A DNA stretch of 64,000 nucleotides from Fusobacteriaceae bacterium (GCA_051656905.1 JBOFJQ010000015.1:66861-130860); one strand, 5' to 3'; counted from the first letter of the stretch, positions 52,234 through 59,595 are shown. Numbers and translations are program-made. The notes: generated by a model from the sequence alone, not told the origin.

Positions 52234-52743
52234 ATGAGCATTAATGAAACAAGTGATATTCCTGAAATAGATAGAAAAAAATTAGGAAATTATATAGATG
52301 AAATAAGAAAAGAAATTTCTTTTGGATTTAATCAGTTATCATTAAAAAGTGGTTTAAATGCGAGAACTTTAAATGAAATATTAAATGGAAATAGTAAAAG
52401 AACAAACCCATATCACTTACAAAAATTAGGTTTTGCTTTAAGAATAGATTATAAAGAGCTTTATAAAATAGTAGGTTATTTATCAGAAGATGATTTTAAA
52501 GAGGCTGATTTGTTAAAAAAAGAAGTTTTAGAGTTAAAGACTAAATTAACAGAATGTGAAAATAAAGTAAACGTAATTAATCATGGAGAAATGTCGGGAA
52601 ACCAAATTTTGGGTAATGTTAATGATTCTGAAATAAAAGTTATCAAAGGGGAAAAAGTGAGCAATATAGATACCTCTGGACTGACAGAAGAGCAATTAAA
52701 GAATTTGGAACAATATATTAAGTTCTTAAGAACACAGGGGTAA
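52234..52743 (+). CDS. cI-like XRE-family repressor (no S24 peptidase domain)
   Basis: HTH FNQLSLKSGLNARTLNEILNG, a coiled-coil C-terminal half, and a GGGAGGAG RBS. Confidence 0.72.
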   Translation: MSINETSDIPEIDRKKLGNYIDEIRKEISFGFNQLSLKSGLNARTLNEILNGNSKRTNPYHLQKLGFALRIDYKELYKIVGYLSEDDFKEADLLKKEVLELKTKLTECENKVNVINHGEMSGNQILGNVNDSEIKVIKGEKVSNIDTSGLTEEQLKNLEQYIKFLRTQG

Positions 52744-52768
52744 AATTAGGGGGAGAATTTAGTTAGTT

Positions 52769-52936
52769 ATGTCTAAAGAAGAATGGAGTAAAGTATTATT
52801 TTTAGAAGAGGAAATAAAAAGATTAAATGAAATAATTATGGGGAAGAATATTATAAATAATGGAGATAATACTGGGGTTCAGATATTTGGGGATATCGTG
52901 AATTCCAGTATTATTATCTATAATAGGGAACGTTAG
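52769..52936 (+). CDS. 55-aa protein paralogous to the repressor C-terminal tail
   Basis: My own translation gives MSKEEWSKVLFLEEEIKRLNEIIMGKNIINNGDNTGVQIFGDIVNSSIIIYNRER. The RBS is AGGGGGAG. Confidence 0.4.
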   Translation: MSKEEWSKVLFLEEEIKRLNEIIMGKNIINNGDNTGVQIFGDIVNSSIIIYNRER

Positions 52937-52970
52937 TTAAAAAAATTTAATATACAGGGGGAGTTAAAAA

Positions 52971-53942
52971 ATGAATGAGTGGGAAAAAAGCAATGAGGGA
53001 ATAACAAGTAAAAAATGGTTTGTAGTAATAATGCTTCTTTTTTTTACACCAGTAGGAATATATTTTATGTGGCGTAATAACAGTTTTTCTAAAGTAGCTA
53101 GAATTATAATTACAGCAATTATGGGATTATTTTTTGTTGGTATTATGGCAGTTAGTTCAGGTACTTTAAATGACGAAAAAGGACAAAAAGTAATTAAATC
53201 TAATAAAATTGAAGAGGTTAAAGAAGAAAAAATTGATAAAGTTCAAGATGAAAAAGATAAGATTGAACAAGTAAAAAAAGAAATAAAAAAAGTAACACTT
53301 GATTATGAAGCAAGACATTTAGATTTATGGATGGAAATGGCAAATAATATGAAAAAAAGTGATTTACAAAAGACATATGAATATGCGAGTAAGTCACTAG
53401 AACGTGTAAAAAAAATCTATTTAGATACTCTTATGATTAATTTTGAAAAAACAGGGAATGTTGAGTTTGATAATAGAGTAGAAGCATATAAAGATAAATT
53501 AAATACTGCTTATTACTTAAAGAAAGATTCTTTAGAAAAACTTCTTTTAGCACTTGAAGATACAAGTTCTATTAAGAGAGCTAATGAAGTTAAAGAAGCA
53601 ATGGAGAAAGCTAGTAATTATTGGACAACTTTTCAATTTAGTACAGCGATAATGACTATTACAGATGATGATATTAAGTCTTATAATGAACAGAAAGAAA
53701 AAGAAACAGCTATTAATGAAGAAATAAAAAAAGAAGTTGCGAAAGAGAAAGTGGTAAAAGAAGTAGTTAAACCTAAAAAACTGTCATATAGCGAAGATGA
53801 TGTTTATACTCATTTAATTTGGAAAGGTTATAGCGGTGAAAGATCTTTAGAGAGATTTAAAGAGGCAAATGGAATGCCTGCAAATAAGGTTATAAATGAA
53901 AAAGTATTAAAAGCTTTAGGAATGGAAATAAAGTATAAATAA
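52971..53942 (+). CDS. membrane-anchored coiled-coil protein with PG-binding-like C-terminus
   Basis: Two N-terminal TM helices, a K/E-rich helical body, and the tail VYTHLIWKGYSGERSLERFKEANGMPANKVINEKVLKALGM, which resembles PG_binding_1. Confidence 0.6.
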   Translation: MNEWEKSNEGITSKKWFVVIMLLFFTPVGIYFMWRNNSFSKVARIIITAIMGLFFVGIMAVSSGTLNDEKGQKVIKSNKIEEVKEEKIDKVQDEKDKIEQVKKEIKKVTLDYEARHLDLWMEMANNMKKSDLQKTYEYASKSLERVKKIYLDTLMINFEKTGNVEFDNRVEAYKDKLNTAYYLKKDSLEKLLLALEDTSSIKRANEVKEAMEKASNYWTTFQFSTAIMTITDDDIKSYNEQKEKETAINEEIKKEVAKEKVVKEVVKPKKLSYSEDDVYTHLIWKGYSGERSLERFKEANGMPANKVINEKVLKALGMEIKYK

Positions 53943-53980
53943 GAAGTTAATAAAAAATTAATATACAGGGGGAAAAAATA

Positions 53981-54685
53981 ATGGGATTTATCGGTTTTGC
54001 AATAGTAATAATTTTTATAGGGGCAATTTGTATGCTCAGAATGATTTCTAAAATGAAAAAAAGAATAGAAGGGGAGTTATTGAGCTTTGCAGATAAAGGG
54101 TTTGGTAAAATATTCGTAGGGGATGATGGGAAATCAGGTATTGGAGCTAATCTTGATGATTATAAGCTAGTTTTAGTTGAACTTAAAGGGAAGGAAATCT
54201 TTTCTAATATTATAGATTATAAAGATATAGTTTCTGTAGAGTTAGTACAAAACGGAACAATTGTAAGCAAGACATCAAAAAGTTCTCAACTAGGAAAAGC
54301 AGCTGTAGGAGGTGTTTTATTTGGTGGAGCTGGAGCAGTTATCGGTGCTTTAAGTGGAAATAAAAAAAATGTTGAAAATGTTAGTAAAGTACAAGCTAAA
54401 TTAACTATTCAAGATTTGAAAATGCCAATTTTTAATGTTACATTTATGGATGCTAATTTTAAGAAGGATGGTTTTTTTCATAAAGCTATGATTCAAAAAG
54501 CAGAAGAATGGATTGGAATAATAAGTGCAATGATAAAAAAGGCAGAGCAAGACATAATTTATCAATCTCAGGGATCTAATACAGCATCTAATTATGTTGA
54601 TGAAATAGAAAGATTGCATTCTTTAAAAGAAAAAGGAATAATAACTGAAGAAGAGTTTAATAAGAAAAAAGCAGAATTATTATAA
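53981..54685 (+). CDS. membrane protein with glycine zipper and C-terminal SHOCT domain
   Basis: N-terminal TM, glycine zipper AAVGGVLFGGAGAVIGALSG, and SHOCT-like tail IERLHSLKEKGIITEEEFNKKKAELL. Confidence 0.6.
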   Translation: MGFIGFAIVIIFIGAICMLRMISKMKKRIEGELLSFADKGFGKIFVGDDGKSGIGANLDDYKLVLVELKGKEIFSNIIDYKDIVSVELVQNGTIVSKTSKSSQLGKAAVGGVLFGGAGAVIGALSGNKKNVENVSKVQAKLTIQDLKMPIFNVTFMDANFKKDGFFHKAMIQKAEEWIGIISAMIKKAEQDIIYQSQGSNTASNYVDEIERLHSLKEKGIITEEEFNKKKAELL

Positions 54686-54729
54686 AAATAAATAATATTA
54701 TTAATAAAGAAATTATTTTAGGGGGAAAG

Positions 54730-55614
54730 ATGGGGATAAATAATCAATTTGAGGTTTTTTGTAATAATATAAAAATTCAAAAAAGTAATGTTGATAAAAT
54801 AGCAAATCGTTATAAAACAATAACAAAATTATTGAATAAAGAATACTATTCTACAGAGTCTGATACTGCACATAGCCTATATGTTGGATCGTATGGGAGA
54901 GACACTGATATTCATACAAGTGATATTGATATTTTATTTTGGCTTCCTTGGGAGAAATATACGCAGTATAAGAATTATTTATATAATGGACAATCTGCAT
55001 TAATTCAAGATGTAAAAAATGTAATAAAAAAAACATACCCTTCATCAGCTATACGTGGGGATGGACAAGTTATTATTATTGATTTTTATGATGGAATGAA
55101 ATTTGAAATTGTTCCTTGTTTTGAACTTAGTGATAAGTCATTTCTTTACCCTGATACAAATGAAGGAGGTAGCTGGAAGTATACTTATCCAAGAAAAGAA
55201 ATTGAAGAAATTAGAAATGAAAACTTCTATAAATGTAACAAAAATTTAAAAAGGCTATGTAGAATGGCTAGAGCTTGGAAAGAAAAGAATTCTGTTAATA
55301 TTTCGGGATATTTAATAGATACACTAGCGTATAAATTTTTAAAAGGATGGTCATATAAGAATTATTCTTATATGTTTTATGATTGGATGATTCGTGATTT
55401 TTTTTCATATTTAAAGGAGCAAAATATATATCAACAATATTGGGTAGTTCCAGGAAGTAATAAGTATGTTTACCGTTATGGACAGTCATTTGAATATAAA
55501 GCATTACTAGCATTTAATTTAGCTGTAGAAGCAATAGAATATAATACGAATAATTGTCCTTATACTGCTACAGGAAAATGGAAAGAAATTTTTGGTGCAA
55601 AATTTCCGTATTAA
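54730..55614 (+). CDS. SMODS-type nucleotidyltransferase (CD-NTase-like)
   Basis: Pol-beta NTase signature GSYGRDTDIHTSDIDILF, third acidic strand KFEIVPCF, and GGSWKYTYP and LKRLCRMARAWK segments as in SMODS proteins. Confidence 0.75.
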   Translation: MGINNQFEVFCNNIKIQKSNVDKIANRYKTITKLLNKEYYSTESDTAHSLYVGSYGRDTDIHTSDIDILFWLPWEKYTQYKNYLYNGQSALIQDVKNVIKKTYPSSAIRGDGQVIIIDFYDGMKFEIVPCFELSDKSFLYPDTNEGGSWKYTYPRKEIEEIRNENFYKCNKNLKRLCRMARAWKEKNSVNISGYLIDTLAYKFLKGWSYKNYSYMFYDWMIRDFFSYLKEQNIYQQYWVVPGSNKYVYRYGQSFEYKALLAFNLAVEAIEYNTNNCPYTATGKWKEIFGAKFPY

Positions 55615-55627
55615 GGGAGGTAAAAAA

Positions 55628-56269
55628 TTGACAAAGTCAGATTTTCTTAAATTAATAGCACAGAAAGCTTATGATGTATTATATGGTGCTAAATTAAATT
55701 TTTCAACATATGAAATAGTAGTAAAAGTTCCTGGGTTTTTAAATGTTATTTCACTAAGTGTCGGAATCTTTTCATTAGTTATAGACTATTTTTCTAACAA
55801 AATACTTTCAGCTATTGTTTTGATATTAGCAATCATTTCTTTATATATTTCAAAATATGAAGAAGAAATTAATTCTTATCAAGAAACAGGGGAAAAATTA
55901 ACTATTATTCAGAATAATTTAAAAAAGTTATATAGTGAAGTTAAATCTAAAGCTGATAATGAAAGATTTAAAGATTCTGAAGAAATGAAAGAATATAATA
56001 AACTAGACTCTGAATTTTTACTAATAAAGCAAAAAAAGCAAATAGTATTTAGTGGTTGGAGAGCTCATGTTATGATTTTTGGACAGCATCAAATTGACTG
56101 GATTGATGAACAGTTAAAATTTAAATTTTGGAAAGATAAGATACCCGCAACTTTTAAATTATTTATGTGGATGTCTATAGTAGTAATTATAGTAATAATT
56201 ACTACTATAATTTTTTCTGATTCTAAAAGTTCAGAGCAATGTTTAATGTTGTTTATAAATAATTTATAA
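55628..56269 (+). CDS. SLATT-like transmembrane effector
   Basis: TTG 55628 lies 7 nt after GGAGG. The protein has an N-terminal YGAKLNFSTYEI motif, two closely spaced TM helices, a coiled coil and a third C-terminal TM. Confidence 0.6.
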   Translation: MTKSDFLKLIAQKAYDVLYGAKLNFSTYEIVVKVPGFLNVISLSVGIFSLVIDYFSNKILSAIVLILAIISLYISKYEEEINSYQETGEKLTIIQNNLKKLYSEVKSKADNERFKDSEEMKEYNKLDSEFLLIKQKKQIVFSGWRAHVMIFGQHQIDWIDEQLKFKFWKDKIPATFKLFMWMSIVVIIVIITTIIFSDSKSSEQCLMLFINNL

Positions 56270-56306
56270 AGTAGATAATAGAAATATAGAGTCTTTGGAG
56301 GAATTT

Positions 56307-57377
56307 GTGTTTGATAATATAATAGATAAGATAAAAAAAGTTGGCGGAGAAGAAAAATATTGGCTTTTTAGAGCTGGAACAAAAGCAAAATATTTTGACA
56401 ATTTTTTTTATAGTAGAAAAATAGGATTAGCTTGGGATAAAATAGATGATATATCACAAACTTCGAGTCTTTTAACTCTTACAAATGAAGTTAAAAGGTT
56501 ATATCCAGAAGAAAAAAGGCCAGGGAATATATATAATAAAATTTATTCTTTTATTCACGAAATGAAAAATGGAGATTTTATTGTAATGCCTGATACAGAA
56601 AAGAAAAGAATAGCTATAGGAAGACTAATAGATGATAATGTTGAAATAAAAAAAATAGAAGAACAATTATCTCTTATGCCTATTAAAAGTCAGGAGAATT
56701 ATGATGAAGAGGAAAAAACAGATCCTGGTGTTATAAATAAATATAGGAACATAGAGTGGATTAAAGTAATGATAAAAGAAGAACTAACAGCAGAATTAGA
56801 ATTATTTTTATTTGCACCTCATAGTATATCTGAATTATCTAAAAGTGCTCAATATGAAATAAACAAATTAATATATGACTGTTTTATAAATCAAGATAAT
56901 ATATACTTGAAATATAAAGTTGATACAAGAACAGATATATTAGCGGATGATATATTGATGTTTTATAAATTGATTGACTATAGCGAGAAATTATCTAATA
57001 TATTAGAAGAAGAACCTAGAAAGATAAAAACAAAAATAAATGTAGCGTCACCAGGAGATATTGTTGCAATTGGTGGAGTATCTATTGGTTTGATATTAGC
57101 TTTAGGATATGTATTCAATGGCGGAAAAATTTCAATAAAAATTGGAGAAAAATTTAATTTTAATGCAGAAGGAGGAACACCTCTACAAGAATTTTTTAGT
57201 AATAGGCATAAAAATAAAATGGAAAAAATGAAATTCCAAGCAAGATTAGAAGAGTTGGAAGAGTTAGAAAGAAAATTTAAGAATGAAATAACTCATGAAG
57301 ATATAAAAAAAATGGAAAAAAGCTTAGAATTAAAAACACCTAAAATAATAGAAGAACAAAAAGAAAAGGAAGATTAA
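56307..57377 (+). CDS. hypothetical 356-aa protein: soluble N-domain, one TM near residue 260, charged coiled-coil tail
   Basis: GTG 56307 lies 4 nt after GGAGG (the ORF track starts at TTG 56295). I recognise no family. Confidence 0.55.
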   Translation: MFDNIIDKIKKVGGEEKYWLFRAGTKAKYFDNFFYSRKIGLAWDKIDDISQTSSLLTLTNEVKRLYPEEKRPGNIYNKIYSFIHEMKNGDFIVMPDTEKKRIAIGRLIDDNVEIKKIEEQLSLMPIKSQENYDEEEKTDPGVINKYRNIEWIKVMIKEELTAELELFLFAPHSISELSKSAQYEINKLIYDCFINQDNIYLKYKVDTRTDILADDILMFYKLIDYSEKLSNILEEEPRKIKTKINVASPGDIVAIGGVSIGLILALGYVFNGGKISIKIGEKFNFNAEGGTPLQEFFSNRHKNKMEKMKFQARLEELEELERKFKNEITHEDIKKMEKSLELKTPKIIEEQKEKED

Positions 57378-57580
57378 ACTCTTCCTATTTTTATTTCAAG
57401 ATTATTTATTTTATTATCATTAATTCTTATGAAATTAAAAATCACTATAAGAGAAGATAAACCCTTTATAACATCTTGCCAAATAACAGATATGTTAAGA
57501 TTATTAAAAGGAATATAATATATTAAAGAAAAGCAAAGAAAAACAAAACTAAATATAGAAAAATATATGGTAATTTTCAT
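57374..57580 (-). CDS. 68-aa two-TM protein, convergent
   Basis: AGGAGG lies 9 nt upstream. MKITIYFSIFSFVFLCFSLIYYI is followed by a second TM. The stop overlaps the 56307-57377 stop by 4 nt. Confidence 0.45.
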   Translation of the reverse strand: MKITIYFSIFSFVFLCFSLIYYIPFNNLNISVIWQDVIKGLSSLIVIFNFIRINDNKINNLEIKIGRV

Positions 57581-57759
57581 TAAGCATTTCCTCCTTTTTT
57601 TATTATATTAATGACAAATTATAGCTTTATATCTTGATTAAGTCAATTATAAAAAAAGAATGTCAAGATATTTTTGTAAGTAATAAAAAAAATATTTGAT
57701 GTTTTATATACTTATGTTATACAATATGTTTGATATGAAAATTTGGGGGGTAAAATTAA

Positions 57760-57915
57760 ATGCAAACATTTCCAAAAGAAATAGAAAATATTTTAAATGA
57801 CATAGGGAACTCATTAGTTAGCGAAAAAAAAGTTTCAATCAAAATTGAAAAAGAATTAAATGGAAATTTTTTTGTAACAATAGCACCAACAAAAATGGTT
57901 AGTTTAAACAAATAA
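57760..57915 (+). CDS. hypothetical 51-aa protein
   Basis: My own translation gives MQTFPKEIENILNDIGNSLVSEKKVSIKIEKELNGNFFVTIAPTKMVSLNK. The RBS is GGGGGG. Confidence 0.3.
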   Translation: MQTFPKEIENILNDIGNSLVSEKKVSIKIEKELNGNFFVTIAPTKMVSLNK

Positions 57916-58094
57916 TTAAAATTAATAAAAAATAATGTTTGATTTTTTTAAAATAAAATGTTTATATATATACAGGAATAAAGAAAAAAGAAGTTAGAAT
58001 AAATTGAGTAGTACCAAATGGACACCATTTATTCAGAATGATTTATTTTTTCTAAATTGAATAGAACTTTGGAATAAGAGGATGTAGCAAATGT

Positions 58095-58139
58095 CACCCT
58101 TATCTAGTCATAAAAGATTAGATAAGGGTGTTTTTTTTT
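58095..58139 (+). terminator. strong rho-independent terminator immediately upstream of the rightward late-side genes
   Basis: 12-bp perfect stem cacccttatcta / tagataagggtg with a 12-nt loop and T9. Confidence 0.85.
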
Positions 58140-58157
58140 GTTGTCAAAGGAGAAAAA

Positions 58158-58433
58158 ATGCTAATTAGTTACAAAGATAAGTTATACAGTTCTAGCTATT
58201 TAGCAACAAAGCTAGGTCTTAAAAGTGTAAGAGAATTAAATAAAATATTAGAGGCTAAAGGTATTCAAAAAAAAGATAATGTAAGAAATGTATGGAGATT
58301 TACAGGTGATTTAGTTAACAAAGGTTACGAAAGTTTTGAAGCTAAAAAATTGCCAAATCAAAAAGAAATTTATGTTAGAAAGTTTACCTGGGATGGAATT
58401 ATAAAAATAAGACAACTTTTAGAAACAAAATAA
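58158..58433 (+). CDS. KilAC-like (antirepressor C-terminal type) DNA-binding protein
   Basis: Start at ATG 58158 after AAGGAGA. YLATKLGLKSVRELNKILEAKGIQKK...W..T..L...GY resembles KilAC domains. Confidence 0.5.
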   Translation: MLISYKDKLYSSSYLATKLGLKSVRELNKILEAKGIQKKDNVRNVWRFTGDLVNKGYESFEAKKLPNQKEIYVRKFTWDGIIKIRQLLETK

Positions 58434-58500
58434 AAATTAGGTATGAACTGACAAGTTTGGGATAGGGGACGGCAATTAATGGAAAACTGGGGTGAAATGA

Positions 58501-59595
58501 GTGCGTGTAGATAAAAGTAGACTAAACAAAATAGGAATTGATAGAGTTGTTATTAACAATTTTACAATTTCTAATTTTAAGGATCTAGAAAAGAAAATTA
58601 TAAATACAAACTTAGACTACATAGAAAAGTTAGAAAAAAAGCACCAACTATTTCACCTCAATTATTCCATAAACTTAAAGGCAGAGAAAATATATACAGT
58701 AGCTAGTTTAGAGTTTAATCCAAATAAAATTAGAGATAAACATAATATATATAATTCGGATCCAAAAGAATTTATGGAACAGTTAAATAAAATAATTCAG
58801 GTCCTGGAAAGGGAAGGGATCCTTTTAGATATAACAGAAGCTAAAATAAAAGAAATTGAGATAAATACAACAATTAATACTAAATTTAGGGAATTAGAAG
58901 AGGTAATGTTGCTTATTGGAAGAGCAAACTATCGAAATGCTTTAGGAATGTATAGTTTTAATAGCAGGGACATTCCCAGGGAAATTAAAACTGAAAGAAG
59001 CTTATACCTAAATTCTAAATTGGATATAAAAAAAGAAAAGACAGGAAAAATAATTAAATTTTATGATAAAAGCTTTGAAATGCTAAGAAATCAAAATTTG
59101 ATGATAGATGAAGAGTTAACGAGAGTGGAAGTTTTACTAGGTAGGGATTACTACAGAACTCAAATGAACCTACAAGGCTTAACAAATGAATTAAAAGACT
59201 TAGACTATGATGCTATGGAAAAACTATTTAGAAATAGCCTGGTAAATGAGATAAAAGTAAAACCTAAAAGATATCTGGAAGAAACTCTAAAGAAAAATCT
59301 TATTTACGATTTTAGAAATTTCAAAAGAAATGAAGCAAAGAAAAGGCAAGAAAGGGGAAGATTGAAGGGATTAGAAAAAGATATTCCAGACTGCTATAAA
59401 GAGCAAAGAGGAGTATTTGAGTATCTGTTAAAAGAATCTTGGATATTTGATTACAGATATTTACTGGAAATAGTTTTAAAAGAAGTTGATCCAAAGCATA
59501 AACAAGTTTATGAGAGGCAGATTAAAAATAAGTATCTAAAGTTAAATAATTTAGAGGTTTATGAAAGACTTTTAAAAGCTATTTTACCAGGATAA
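58501..59595 (+). CDS. Rep_trans-like (rolling-circle type) replication initiator
   Basis: KFYDKSFEMLRNQNLMIDEELTRVEVLLGRD parallels the pT181 RepC RIYNKKQE...WRVEIELKRD block as I recall it. GTG start. Confidence 0.55.
   Translation: MRVDKSRLNKIGIDRVVINNFTISNFKDLEKKIINTNLDYIEKLEKKHQLFHLNYSINLKAEKIYTVASLEFNPNKIRDKHNIYNSDPKEFMEQLNKIIQVLEREGILLDITEAKIKEIEINTTINTKFRELEEVMLLIGRANYRNALGMYSFNSRDIPREIKTERSLYLNSKLDIKKEKTGKIIKFYDKSFEMLRNQNLMIDEELTRVEVLLGRDYYRTQMNLQGLTNELKDLDYDAMEKLFRNSLVNEIKVKPKRYLEETLKKNLIYDFRNFKRNEAKKRQERGRLKGLEKDIPDCYKEQRGVFEYLLKESWIFDYRYLLEIVLKEVDPKHKQVYERQIKNKYLKLNNLEVYERLLKAILPG

Noticed and set aside
45989-57600. Possibility that the int-to-accessory-cassette part is a separate satellite (PICI-like) next to a different phage's late genes
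   Set aside because: The window holds no second att site, integrase or direct repeat marking an internal boundary. I cannot exclude it, because the presence of tail genes and attR beyond the window would decide the matter, so I did not report it as a finding.
58128-58157. ORF-track start at 58128 for the KilAC-like gene
   Set aside because: These codons are the 3' arm and T-run of the terminator hairpin. ATG 58158 has a proper AAGGAGA RBS.
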